DNA of 64,000 nucleotides from Octopus sinensis. Lineage: Eukaryota. The DNA lies in the NCBI RefSeq assembly GCF_006345805.1, contig NC_042998.1:121272001-121336000 (forward strand). Reading direction: 5' to 3'. The position numbers were made by a program, and so were the translations under genes. Under the pieces are notes generated by a model that saw only the letters and a list, made by a program, of their open reading frames with translations, was not told the DNA's origin and did no database searches. Within the stretch, counting starts at the first letter, position 1. Every line of letters begins with the position of its first letter. Below are positions 35,291-55,818 of the stretch, piece after piece.

Positions 35291-38044
35291 CCTGTCTCTT
35301 GACTGGTTGATTTCTCTCTGTACAATTGGTCACTGCTGTGCAATGGCCAGTGAAAATATCTGCTCCAAAGATAGTAATGGATAATTTAAAAAATTATATA
35401 TATATATATATCATTTTAGAGGAAAAAAATGAACTTTTTTAAAAATCTGAACTTTTGTCCATGACATAAAATAACTGCACAATATATTTATCTTTTAAAT
35501 TAATCCATTTTTGGAAAAAGGAAGAAAAAGAAATCTTTGCTCTTAGACAAATATGTAATATTCACACTTTTTAATGCTCACTCAAGGTTTTCTATAGTAT
35601 TATTATAAGCACCTTTTTATCAACAGACACTAATAAAGACAAACCAGTTCAGGACATTTTGTTCTGAGCAAACCTGATTTTAGCTAAAAACATAATTTTT
35701 TAGGAAATAAGTTGGCTACAGATGTTTTAAAATATTTTTGCCTCTTTTTTAAAATTATTTTAAAACAGTGAACTCTTCGCTTCATACCATTTCTAAATAT
35801 TCATTCTACCTGAATTGTTAAAAGATTGATTCATATTTCCATGGACATTATCATTTCTCATCTTGATATATTATTATTTCAATATACACATTTCTGCAAA
35901 TTCCTGCCTACACAGGGTTTCTTTTTTATGAATGATAATCTGTTTTTGTTTTTGTTTTTGTTGTTCTTGTTTATGTTGGCCTTAGTTGAACAGATCCATG
36001 ATCAAAGGCCTTCCAACCATGGTCATCCCGTCTTTCATTTCTATGTAGTATTCCTATAGCTACATTATCCAATGTGCAATTTTAAAAAAAATAGAAGGGT
36101 GTTGGTTGAAGATTTGACTGTTATTTTTAGCAGATCATTGATGCAGAGGCTCCTTATCAACTTGGTTTCTGATGAACTTATCTGTCAGTAAGAACAAGTA
36201 CCAGATCAACATGGGAATGTACCCGGCGAGAAACTGGCATCTACTGCAGGGGAAAATTTATTTTTTATGAAACCTAAGCTAAATTCTGGTATACAAGAGG
36301 ATTTTATAGCTTGTAGAGGCATTTATATCCTTTTAGAAATGCTCTTATATAGATGACACCACCCTACATCCTGCCTCATTTTCCATCTACAGGCTTCTAC
36401 CACATACATCCTTGAAATTTCTGTGCAGGAATCCTCATCTACAAAACAAGCCACATTACACATATCAAGAAAGCTTATCAACACTACTCATAGGCAACAC
36501 ATAACGAGAAACATCTAAATTTTTCTCTCAAATACAAGGTTTCAACAATCACTGATAATTTTTCATTGGAATTATATTACAAAAACTGGATCTTTTGATC
36601 AGAAGCAAAAATATTTCACCCTGGAACAGTTGCTGGCTCTCTAACCCTTTACCTTTCCGGTGTATCACATGAAACACAGGATATATTCCCCAGGTGACCA
36701 TGCATCACATATGATACACATTCCCGATTTTTTCAACCACCAGAGTAACTTGGGATTTACAAAAAGAAAGCTTTATTTTATATAACAATGGCCAACTGAA
36801 AACAAGTATGGACGTTTAGAACAAACTTGTGAGAATGCTTTGAACAGGCCAAGAGTTATGCATTACAAATTTGGGACTGGCTACCCATTAAACACTTTTA
36901 CATTCTAAACTATCTTCAATAGGAGCAAACATGGCCTTATGGCTTTGAAGTTTGCTTCACAGCTACATTATTCCAGGTTCCATGTAGCGATATGGCACTG
37001 AGGGTAGTTTTTTTTTTATTGTAGCCTAGCATTGATCAATGCTTTACAAATAGAATTAGGTCGACAGAAACTGTGCACAAGACTGTCATACATCTGCGTC
37101 TTGTACTACTGCTTGTGTAAGATGTAAATAACAATGAGAAAAGCAATAAACTGGTGCCTTTGAACAAAAATACCTTGTGGTATTGGTTCTGCTTGAGTTG
37201 TGTAAATACTTGCTTTTCAGTCACCATCATAAATTTTGTGAACCAGTGATTAGCCTTTTGTAAATCTGTAACCAAGGCTCTTGTTTACAAAATGCAAGAT
37301 AAATTAACAAAATAAAGATATGAATAAAAGAAAGTTAACATGGACATTAAATAATGCAGAAGATTGTCAAGCTTAAGAGAAATGTAATAAGCATGTTCTG
37401 TTGAATGTTTAATGTTAAATTTTTTGTTTAAGTGAATGGCTTAACCACAAGAAAGACAGTGTTATGACCCTTTTTCCTGATCTGATACTCATGTGAAGAA
37501 GGGACAAAATTATCCTCACCTGGCTCAAAAGCTTGCAACACAGTACTATATGGCAGTCACATTCAGCATGGAAAAATTGATTATAAAATGATGAGGCAAG
37601 ACTTCACTCTCACTTCAAGACATCTCTTTATCTTCTGCAATACTGTCTGTTCTTTAAGCTCACCAACTATGTGCTCTTTTCATGATTGCACCTGTTTCAA
37701 TTCCTTCTCTTATTTTTTTATTGATTTTTTTTTTTAGTATACTATTTACTCCAATCTTTCCACCTCAAACCTGCACTACTCTCTAATTCTCATGTCACAT
37801 ATTTTCTCTCAAAATACTGATATTCAGCAGTTCAGACAGAACATTAACTACACTGGCCTGACCTGCTTCCTTATTCTGGTCTACAAAAGCCTGCAAATAC
37901 CATGGACTCAGTCGTTTTTTTCTTGGTCAGACCTGAGAAATCTTTTTTGAATTAGAAGTGCATTATTGTTTAATGACATTTGATCTGTTAATTATTCAAA
38001 TAATAGAAAATGTTGTAAACAATATTATAGAGGAAATTATTATC

Positions 38045-38350
38045 ATTTAATGTCTGTTGTCCATGCAGGCATGGGTTGGACAGTTTGACCAGGGCCGGGA
38101 AGCTGGAAGGTCGCATCAGACTCCAGTCTGATTTGGCATAGTTTTCTCCGGCTGGATGCCCTTCCTAAAGCCAACCACTCTGAAAGTGTAATGGGTGCTT
38201 TTTCGTGCCATTTGCATGACACTGGTATCTGCGGCTTTGCTGGGCTTGACAGGTCTTCTCAAGCATGACATAATGCCAAAAGTCTTGGTTATTGCCTCTG
38301 TGAGGCCCATCGCTTGAAAGGAACTCAGCCACTTTGCTTCCTTGAGGTCC
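38045..38350 (-). mobile_element. Solo RTE 3' UTR/tail
   Basis: TCCATGCAGGCATGGGTTGGACAG...GGCTGGATGCCCTTCCTAA...GTCTTCTCAAGCATG. Confidence 0.82.
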
Positions 38351-38489
38351 AAATCACTGAAAAATTATACATTGAAATACTCAAAATTCACGTTTTCAAT
38401 TTTTACACGTCAGACAGTGTCTCACCTGAGAAAATTTACTCAATTGTAATGGTATTTTCTTACAACTGAAATTTATTCAAACAGTTCTG

Positions 38490-40045
38490 CAGGCCCTATA
38501 CAGAGATGCCATTAGTAAGGTTAGGGTTGGCAACGAGTATAGTGAAGAATTCCGGGTAGAAGTAGGGGTCCACCAAGGATCAGCCCTCAGCCCCTCTTAT
38601 TCATCATAGTCCTTCAGGCAATAAGAGAGGAATTCAAGACTGGTTGCCCTGGGAGCACCTCTATGCTGATGACCTGGCACTCATAGCAGAATCACTACCA
38701 GAACTAGAGAAGAAATTTCAGGTATGGAAGCAAGGTTTATAGTCGAAGGGCCTTAGGGTTAACCTAGCTAAAACCAAAGTCTTATTAAGTAGGAAGGTGA
38801 ACATATCACAAAACCCTTCAGGTAGGTGGCTCTGCTTGATCTATAGAAAAGGTATAGGTAGAAACTCCATAAGATGTACCCAGTGTAAGCTATGGATGCA
38901 AAAGAGGTGCAGCAATATCATAGGAAGATAGCTTTTGTGTGTGGCAGATGCACAGGCAATAAACACCACACTTGCTCAGAAACTAGATTCCATCACATGC
39001 CAGGGGGAGAAACTAGTAGTTGATAGTTTCCACTACCTATGGGACCAAGTCAGTAGTGGGGGTGGATGCTCAGAGAGCATTAACACTAGAATAAGAATTG
39101 CCTGGGCAAAGTTCAGACAGCTTCTACCTATACTGGTGACAAAGGACCTCTCACTCAGTCAAAGGTAGATTGTACGATGCATGTGTGTGAACTGCCATGC
39201 TTCATGGCAGTGAAACATGGGCTGTGACTGCTGAAGACATGTGTAGGCTCAAAAGAAATAAAGCTAGCATGATCTGCTGGATGTGTAATGTCAGTGTGTG
39301 CACACAACAGAGTGTAAGCACCCTGAGAAAAATGTTGGACATAAGAAGCATTGGATGTGGCATGCAAGAGAGACATTTGCATTGGTATGGTCATGTACTA
39401 TGGATGGATGAGGAGAGCTGTGTGAAGAAGTGCCACTCCCAAACAGTGGAAGGAATCCAGGGTAGAGGGAGACCCAGGAAAACATGGGATGAGGTGGTGA
39501 AGCATGACTTTCAAATGTTGGGCTTCACAGAGGAAATGACAAAAGACAGAGACCTCTGGAGATATGCTGTGACAGAGAAAACCCGGCAAATAAAGTGTCA
39601 TATAACCAGCCAACTCAAAAAGTACCCTTGGATTGTAGGGTGACATACCGTGCTTGAGGAGACCTATTGAGTCAAGTACATCAACATCAAAATAAAATCA
39701 AATCACAAATGAAAATTGTAGTTGTGATCCGTGCCGGTGGCATGTAAAAAGCAGCTTCCAAACGTGGTTGATGCCAGCTCCCTCGACCCGACTGGCTCTC
39801 GTGCCTGTGGCATGTAAAAAGCAGCTTCCAAACGTGGTTGATGCCAGCTCCCTCGACCCGACTGGCTCTCGTGCCTGTGGCATGTAAAAAGCACCCACTA
39901 CACTCTTAGAATGGTTGGTGTTAAGAAGGGCATCCAGCTGTTGAAACATTGCCAGATCAGACTTGTGCAGCCTCCTAGCTTTCCAGATCCCAGTCGAACC
40001 GTCCAACCCATGCCAGCATGGAAAACGGACATTAAACAATGATTC
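38490..40045 (+). mobile_element. 5'-truncated RTE LINE between the two genes (decayed)
   Basis: [40 protein letters not shown]; stops and frameshifts; 3' UTR with a perfect 70-bp tandem duplication at 39737-39876. Confidence 0.93.
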
Positions 40046-40136
40046 TGCATAAATGTCTGTACTGTAGATGAATAGTGTCCATTGTTGTCTAGGTTTTATA
40101 ACTCTAGAGGTTTGGTATTTATAATTCAGTTGTTGA

Positions 40137-40505
40137 TTGTACGAATGTTCACTTCCCAACCACATGGTAACAGGTTCAGTCTCACTGTGCAGCACCTTGG
40201 AGTCAGACTATTACCCCAAACCAACCAAAGCTTTGAGTGAATTTGGTGGATGGAAACTGAAAGAAGCCTATGTATGTGTGGGCTTATTGCCTGCTTGTCC
40301 TGACATCTTATGTGAATTGTAAATACGTGTCACCATCATACAAGTGGCACTATTTGTTATCAAATCTTCCATGAAAACATGACCTTACTTAGAAGTAGAT
40401 GAGAATTAATGATAGGAAGGGCATCTGGATATTGAAAATCTGCCCCAACAAATTCCACCTACCCATGAAAACATTGGAAAGTGAATGCTAAACGATAATA
40501 ATGAT
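40137..40505 (+). mobile_element. SINE family B copy with an RTE-derived 3' tail
   Basis: Head CTTCCCAACCACATGG..GGTTCAGTC, CORE-like CACCTTGG, GGAAACTGAAAGAAGCC, then GGAAGGGCATC...CCCATG...GGAAAGTGAATGCTAAACGATAATAATGA. Confidence 0.7.
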
Positions 40506-43500
40506 TGAATATTTAATAGCTATTTACCTGTTGTTTAACCTCAGAGATGAGCAGACCTATCAAGAACAGCATTCCAACTATGACCATCTCATTCTTGCTA
40601 GGACTATACTGTTCCATTTCAAAACAGTAGTGTAATTTGAGGGGAATCTGGATGCTGTTTCCAATAGGCTGAGAGACCATATAAAGGCTCTCTTCTTAGC
40701 TTAGTTATATGGTTGTTATATAATTGATTGGAGCTGAGCTGGGGCTAAGGGATTCAGTCTTTGATCAATTTTTAAATTTTTTTAAGGTAGTGTAGTTTGA
40801 AGGAAGAAATGCTCTCTCACTTGATAGCTGAACGATGCTAGATGATGTGGTAGAAGATACACTAAACATCTTTAATTACTTTCAAAACCAGTCTTCATTG
40901 AAGATTATCTAGTGTTACCATGTCTAACAGTTACCAACGGGATGTTACTGACCAACAAGACTGCTCCTAGATAAAACTTTCTGCCTCTCAGCGTTTTCCA
41001 TACACAGTTTAGAGGGGGTCTGTATTGATCCCTTGCAAGCTAGATCTATCTTGAGCTAAGTAATAAAAAAAATCCACTTGGGTCTATCACTAGATTAAAG
41101 CAGCAAAGTGGCAGAAATGGTAAGTTGCTAAGCTAAATGTATTAGAGTATTGATTTTTGTTCTACATTCTAGGTTCAAAACTTGCCAGGATCAACTCTGT
41201 TTCATCTGTCCAAACCTGACAAAGCAACAATAAACTACCAGATCACTTCAACTGACTGTATATCCACACACCTACAGAAATTGATTTTGTAACCAATCAA
41301 ACAAAATCAGTATTTGATCATATTTTTAATTTCTAGAAAAAAAAAAAATCAGTACTTTGCTTACAGTGAAACACCTGTAAAATATTTACCAGTCACTAAA
41401 CATAGGTTTTTAGTAACCTGTTTGAACAAGATTTAATACCATCTATTAAGTTTTGTTTGTGAGAATTTATAGCAGGTATCAACTTAAGCTGAGATTAACA
41501 GAAACAATAAGATCAACACAATTTTGTCTATAGTACTAACTGCAAATAAGGGCTTCATGTAAATTACTTTCTTCACATGTAAATCTGATTATTATCCTGA
41601 AGCTTATACAGTTATCTGAATGTTGGAGATCCTGCACAACTGAACACTATCAATATAAGTAAACAACAGAAACCCTATAAAATCAAATGAAATTTTGAAA
41701 TAAAACTGGAAATTTTCTGAAGCTGGAGATCCAATTCTCCAAATTAAACTTTCAACTTAGCAAAGCAAATATTTTACATAGTTCCACAAACTAATAATCT
41801 GTTACATGAAATAGGTGGAATCCTGAAAATATGCTTCCACAAAAGGAGATGAAATATGATCTGTTGTTACTGGTTCCCTTGCAGGTTCTCCAAACCCCAA
41901 GTTAAAATAAATAAATAAAAAAGCTCTTCTGCACTAGTAAACTGTCTCTTATCACCGTTAATCGAGCTCATCAGATTCACAAATCCTTCTTATCATCCCT
42001 ATTGTCACTCAACCAAAACTACACACATACACACAACACTGTCAAGGCTTACACTAGCTCTGGTTTGTATCTTGTTACTTGTGGACTTTACAATTAAATG
42101 AAATGCATATGTTAAGCTACACAGTTAATGTTTAACTGGTACAAGAGAAAAGAATAGTAAGAGGAGATAACACATAGTTCTTTATCTCACAAGCATTGTC
42201 TAAGAAAATACTGAATGTACATGTTACTGCAGGATAGTACGAAATTGAAGGGGAATCAAATGGACTTTGGAAGATATAAACACATGTAGAGAGAAAGATC
42301 AATACTTGCAGAAACTGTAATTAGCCCTCTGAGCAAAACCCTTCAAACCATGATCATTTTACCTTCTTGAGCATTGCATATCTAGGACTATATTATACAA
42401 CACCTCTTGCTTTTCAAGATGACAGCATATAATTTGATGTGTGTTCCTAGCAGGTCAAAAGACTACATACAAGCTCTCTGGGCTCGATGTAGAGGAGAGG
42501 TGGTTGCTAAGTGCTTGTTACATTAACAATAAACAAGACAGTTCTCTTGAGATTGGGATATGCTTTGTTTCTACTAAATTTGATTTCTTTATTAAATTCA
42601 GAGTTCATTGAACAAATGTTAGTAAATTATTAGTATTTATTGCCCTAATGAGTGAAATTCTACATAGTCAATTAACCTGCTAGAAATAACAACCAATTTC
42701 ACACTCAAATCATATCCTACTGCTTTTCAAAAGAAAAAAAAATCACATGGACATATTTGATGGTGCAGTCAGAGAAGTTATGCCTGTAAAAGATTAGATC
42801 ACACCTGGAATACTTTAGTATAGGTCTACTTAACCAGGACTGACTTGGAAGCTAGACAAGTTATTCAAGTTCTGAGGGACAAAGACCCAACAAATCTAGC
42901 ACTTTTTCCTCATTTATTTCTAACATTACCCAAAAGAAAATCATATTCTCCAAAAATTGTGTGTATTACCAAATGGACAGGTGCCTATAACTATACAAAA
43001 GAAAAGAGATCTTGATTAGAAGAAACTAAAATACTTCAATAGGTAAAGAAATAGACTATAGACAAATATTTTGGATCTAGTTGAAGACAGTCCCTAAGTG
43101 GAACCTAATATCACTTTTATGAAAGAATTTGGTGAAAAATCACAACTTGGAATGGATGAGCAAATAAAAACATTTAGATCTCCAATTTAAAAAGATAAAA
43201 AAATTGTATTATTTTGAAGTTCAAGCACAAAACGAATAAAATTTTCGAAGAAATAATTCTACAAAAAGACTGAAAAAGTATGTAACTCTTTATGTGAGGA
43301 TGAAATCGAATATGAAAACTTAATTGAAAAAAAAATGTGGATACAGAAAACTTTCTAAGGGATACAGTTTAGATATTCTAAAAAAAATTCTAAGACTATA
43401 AACAGTATGAAGGTAACTCTCATTTCAAATTAGTGAGCAATAAAGACAAGCAGGACTATTAGAAATTCCAGATTTTATAAATTTCCTTTCTATTTTGCTG

Positions 43501-46500
43501 CATAAATTTATAGATCTTTATTATGTTAAATTTGGTGATCCTCCTCCATAGTCAAGGCTGTTGAAAGCAATACTTGAATACATGTTGTGTCAAGCAGAAT
43601 GGTATAGATTTCTTCAATTAAGTTTCTGGTAACTGTTCTTTAGCTAAAAAGTACTTCTTGGTGTTTCTGAGTCAAAACTGTAAAATGGTTTTCCACTTCA
43701 TTTATACTACCAAGATGTTTGCTAGAGGTATAAACATTACAACATCCCATGTACTCCTTTAAAATGTAGCCGTTTCTATTTACTCAAAAGAAATTAATAA
43801 ACTATATAAGCACCAATGTCTGTTTTGAATTAACATTTTAAATGAATATTTTCCAAAATTTGCATGCAACTCTAAAATCATCCTGGAATTATACACGATA
43901 GAAAAAAAATCCTAGGTTGGATGTCCTCCTGAGGTAAGACAGGGAAGATTCAAGAAAAGACTGATAGTTGTCATGGAGTGGTACATTCTTCCTTTTTCTG
44001 TATCACTCACTTTCTCAGGTGACACTGTATAGACAAAATATATACTGGAACACTGCAGTTATTAAAATTCTTCATTTAAAAATATCTCAAAAAAGTTAGT
44101 ATATAGCTTCAATCATGAAGTAGAACATATTTGTTGTTTCACAAATAAATTTGTTTATATTTACAAAATATTCAGGTATTATGCTCTGTTAAATGGACTT
44201 AATTTATATAAAAGTTTGATAGATCATATATTACACAATTACTTTCATATCTCATTTAAAAGAGCTCTTGGGTAATATGGATGGATATTAGCTTAACATT
44301 GAGGTGCAGGCATACGGTTCGTGCGTTTCTGCTCCTACCTATGAAGAGTAAAATTTCTGTATCCAGGCAAGGCCCAACGCCTCAACTAGCCAAACTAAAC
44401 TTTTTTTTTTATACATAAATTTTGATGCTTGTATGAGATCTTCAATTGACAAAGTCAATAAAGTTTATATTGCTAACTGATGTGTCAACTCTTCCTATAT
44501 TTTTTCATGATACTAAATTCTATTTATGAACAAAGTACTTGATTCTTAATTACACTAGTCTCTCTAGCAGTAAATTGGCATTGGATGAAATGCCTCATGG
44601 TATTTATTCTGAGTATTCACTGGAGTCAATTTTATCTTTTATGGTCAATGAATAAAGTGTTATTCTGGGATGGTGAATTGGCAGAATCTATTAGTGCTTT
44701 GGCTGGTATGCTGTGCAATATTTGTTCCAGCTCTTTGTGTCCTGACTTTAAATCCTACCATGGTCTACCTGAATGATAGACTTAGCCCATCACCTAGTTT
44801 AACATCTCTACCTGGTCCTTGAGTGCCTTTAGAGAGTCCACTCTGTACATGTAAACAATTGCGACAAGTCTGTGGCTTGAGGTTTCCATCCCATCAATAG
44901 AGGAAACCTTGAAAAAGGGTCATGAGCCCTGTCCAAACAAATAAATACTATCATAATCATTTCATATTGATTACTCCCATGTTCAAGATAACATTTCCCA
45001 TCTGTTTAATACTGATTTTCTTTAACAGCCCTATAAAACAGGCACTTTAATTCATAAGGATTGATTGTTCAGTCTTTACAGTCCACTTATCACCTATCTA
45101 ATGCCTCACAATTTGAAGGAGAGAGAAAATTTGTTGTCAAATGAAGCAGCTGGTTACTTCTAGTTTTATATATCATAATGTTGAACCAAATTACATCCTA
45201 CCATTTTAGAAAAGGATACATTGGATGATGTGGTGCTGGACACAGTACCGGAAAAAAGAGAATGGTCATGGCTTGTATTCTTTGATTTTAAAGTCTAGTG
45301 AATCAAGGCTGACTTCAGGCTGAACAACATATATACATATATCATGCACACATAGATTGCGCTCTTCATTTAAAACAAATACATTACTATAAACACACAA
45401 CCAGAGTTAAACCATCAGCCATAAAAATGCCACCACTCATAATATCACCACAAACTGATGCTGTGACAGATATGAAAGAAAATTTTTTTTAAATTTACTT
45501 TCGCAGATATTTTAAAACCTTTTTCTCTAAATATTTTTTATTTATTGAAAGAAAAAAAAAGTTCCATTTGCAAGGAAAAAGATATACAATCTGATGGAGG
45601 TCATCAAAGAGTTGCATGACATTTTGGCCATGTCAGATTGTATCACAGAGGTTTGTGGCTTAGTTGGAAGTCAAGATAATGATACAATTGACATGAGAAG
45701 GAGAAACAAACTTACACATGCATGAAAGAGAGAGGGAGTGGACTTAAATTTTTGTAATGAATTAGTTCTTTTGAAAACTGATGAATCCAAATTTAAAAGT
45801 GATGAATTAGAATTTAGAGATAATGATGATGAAATGGAGATTATAACTGATCTTAAACTAAGGATAAAATAACACTGTCTGTTGCCCTATAAACATCAAA
45901 ACATGGAAGAAACCATTGTCTAGTTGTAGAGTATGTCAGGATTCACAATTACCTAGTAGTTAGGTAAGTCAGGAACCACAAATACCCAGCTGTGAGCTAA
46001 ATCACATATGCTCAATAGTTGACTGAGTAATATGTGTCCAGTAGTAGGACAATTTAAGATTTTACGAAACTCTAGCAGTGGGTTGAGCTTTTGGTAGGTT
46101 AATATGAAGCAACATGCAGTTAAACAGGAATACACAGTATATGCATATACATACACAGCGTATGTATATATGTACACAACATATATGTACATATGTGCAT
46201 ACAATTATTGACAGACAGCAGGCAATTTAGAGAAAATAAAGTGTCAAATATTACAGAGATCAAATGACTCTGAAAGGAATTGGAAATTAATCTAAAAATT
46301 CCTTCTTCCAAGAGGATGATATCATTTAACTTATGTTGAAAAACACAGTATCAGTATTCATGCTGATGTTAAATGTGTGAGGTTGATGGAAATTCTGAAA
46401 GATAATGAAGAGAAGCCAAGTAGCCATATAGCTGTTAGGTATTTACAAGCAAAGCTTATAGCACATCAAAGTGTACCTCAACAGCCAGGATTTCCTCAGT

Positions 46501-48068
46501 TTTCATAAAATCAGATTGAGAATTCCTCCACTTACAGAAAAAATATTATAAGACACAATAAAAAAAAAATGATGGGCAGGATATTTTTTGATAAGTTGGT
46601 GTAAAAATCAAAAATATATAGTGGAAATTTGACAAACATTGACATAGCTGGCAAAATATCAAAATGAATTGCATATTTATAGTGGAGAATAACTATAAAT
46701 AAATAACATCAGAATGACCATTATGTACATACATATGCTGGGGCTACAAACATTCTTCTGTCCATAACATACATAAAATGCTGCCATGAAATGTTTAACA
46801 ATGGTAGAAAACAGAAAAAGTTAAACAGCAGAACACAATGCCTGCAGCAATCAGAACTCCACAAACTGAAGTAATCAAAAATACTCCTGAACAGATTCAG
46901 TTACGCAACAAACAACTTTTACTCAAAAAGGAGTAAAATAAAAAGATTGCTGCTGTCAAATAAAACAGTGAGACTGTCTCCATTTGAAAGTTTTGCAGCA
47001 TGGTTTACAATAGTGTTAATGCACTGCACATTATAATTAGTAAATTCATTAATAAGAAAGCAGTTGTAAGCTTTTTACTTAACATCACCATCCAATTTTG
47101 TGTTATCTTCTCAAAAATTAATTTCACACATAATTAGAAGGTTTAGATCATAAGAAATAAAGAGGGGGAAAAAAATATTTGAATTTCTCTCTTTCAGCAT
47201 TTTGTTTTTTTGTCTTTACTAACATCTACAAATATCCAGCCATTAAGTTTTCAATTAATGAAATTAAATGAACAATAAGGGCCAGTAGGTCCAGGGACAG
47301 ATTTTGTTACTCCATTTGAGAACAGAAAAGTTTCAACATTATTGCATTGAAAAAGAAAAAAATATTTGTGGTAGAGAGAGTTGAGCAATATGGAGACCAT
47401 AAATGAAAATGGTGTTGTAATTTAAGTTGTAATAGTATGCTTAATGACCATTTATAGGGTGATAACTTCTCTTAAAGGATCAATATATTTGAATCAATAT
47501 ACTGAGAAAAAAATTCAACTACAATTTTTTTTTTTAGAAATACCTGTTAAATGGTGTATGTGTTGAAGAGAGAACATTATCTTATAGAAATTCTAATAAA
47601 CTATTCAGTTTGTAAGCAGTACATTTTAGAATATTTCAAAATTTCTCTGGATTTAAAAAAAACTTTTGGAAACAAAACATATACTTCATTAAACTTATCT
47701 TTAAAAAAAAAAAAGATCAAATAAATTGTAGCAGAGCAATTTGAGAGGTCTATATGCTCTTTATAAGGTATTGAAGTGTCTTAAAACTATTCTCTCTTTC
47801 TTTAATAATTCATATTCATTCAAGTTATTTCATTCAACTATCTTTCACTTTCTTCTTAAAATTTCATTTCTCTGATTCTATAAATTGATTACAAAAAACA
47901 GTACTAGTGGAAGGAAACCAAAGTTAGTGTATCAGAATGTTTGATCCACAACCATTTTAAAGAAAGAATAAGAAAAACAGAACTGATGAAAAATAAGACA
48001 ATAGCCACATATTGAAGCTGGAACAACAAGAATAGGAGAGTTCAGCTGAACTGTAATGGTGTAGCAGA

Positions 48069-54166
<6,098 letters not shown>

Positions 54167-55344
54167 CTATGAACTTTAATTAAACATTGCTTTCTCTGTA
54201 TCGAAATGATTATCTTTATTACCTTAATGCTTGAGATAAATACATTTCTTCAACACTTGAACAAACCTTAATCTTGAACAGAATAATTAGAAACGGGAAG
54301 TAGACAACACCAATATTGTTATGAGATGTACAGAGATATGTGGGTTGTGATAGTGAAATATTTACAATGTAGTAATGTTATATGAGCAGTGACATTGAAA
54401 TCGAAAAAATATACAATGTAGTGGTGACATATGGCCCACAATGCTGAAATCACAGAGATACACAGCAAACATAGTGTGGCAGGAACATGTAGACTGTGAA
54501 ACTGAAATTAAAGATACAGTGTTTGGTAGGGATGAATGGGCCATAGTAACAAAATCATGTAATAAACTATTGACAGTTGAGAAAATTATTAATCTATGAT
54601 AGAAAACCATTGGAAACAGACATGTTTAAATAGATGTACCTTATTCCTATGTTCCCTATAAGTGTACCATATTCCTATGTTCCCTAATATGTAAATGTAG
54701 CTAACACCTTCGATCTCGACAAGTAGTGACAGCCTGGCAAACGGTTTGCTGTATAAAATTATAGAAATTAAAATATCAATAGCCTACTGAAAAGATTTCT
54801 GTTGCTGATCAACCACAATCAGCCCTGTTTGATTAATGTACATGTATATAGTGAACTAAATAATGTTTTTCTATGTATTTCTAATTTGTAGTATGGTGCT
54901 TCATTATTCTCAATTTAAAGGGTCCACGTAAATTTTTTTTATAGAATTGATAAATATACTAAGTGTATCGTTTAGATTAAGTTGCATATTTCATCATTAT
55001 TTCACCATGGTTTAAGATACCATGGTTTGAAGAAATTAGTTTTTCTTTGTTTTGACTTTAGCTATTCAATAAATGACAATTCTTCTAAGAGAGATAGCAA
55101 TCAATACTTCCTTTTTTGAAATATATACATCTCTATGTAGTCGATTTTCAATATTCTAGAGCTCAGATTAATGTGATTGTACTCACTTCCAATTAACCTT
55201 TTGAAGAAAAGCCTACTAATGTTTCTACACTAAATGAACTTTTTTTATGAGATGGCCACAGTTGACAAGCTGAAACTAGTAAAAGAGTAAATGTTATCTA
55301 ATATTCTCCAATAATATATCTAAATCTCAGAAAACAAATATATA

Positions 55345-55818
55345 TACACGAGCAAAACGCCCCCTGTGCAATGGACGGCGCTGAGTTGTCAAACATTTAA
55401 ACCAAATTTTCACAAAACAACTTGTCAGACCATCCCATAGGCCTCTCCTTTAAGAAACACTGATTTAACCTAAATTTGAGACACCAGCAAAAGAAGAAAT
55501 AAAGATAGACTTTTCTATTCCAAAGAAAAACGATTTTATTCACACAAATATGCAACCGAAGGGTTTAAAGTACCAGTAAGTACATCGCAACAGCTGGTGT
55601 ACTTGTGCGTACAAATGCACAACCCCACAGCTTTATCGATTGCATTCTCACCTGGAATCGATTTTTGTAATTTTTTCAAGACTTACACACACCCTGATAC
55701 CGTCGGTATCTACATATCAAATTTGAGCGCAATACGATGGAGGATGCCCGAGAGCCTAGAAGACACACACAGACAGACAGACAGAACAGATTTTATATTA
55801 TATATATATATAAATAGA
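55345..55818 (+). mobile_element. Possible non-autonomous Helitron/Helentron-like element
   Basis: CpG-richer island starting ACGAGCAAAACGCCC and ending (ACAG)n..TTTTATATTATATATATATATAAATAGAT, resembling HINE/Lep1-type architecture; no coding evidence. Confidence 0.35.

Noticed and set aside
36190-36930. Coding-like stretch with a FLYWCH-like WECTRR..YCRG and an ITNLGLAT word (possible MULE remnant)
   Set aside because: Only scattered short words with many stops; not supportable without a profile search.
45560-46520. Acidic N-terminal-like and C-terminal-like words suggesting a piggyBac relic
   Set aside because: No TTAA/TIR or catalytic motifs are recognisable; too degraded to call.
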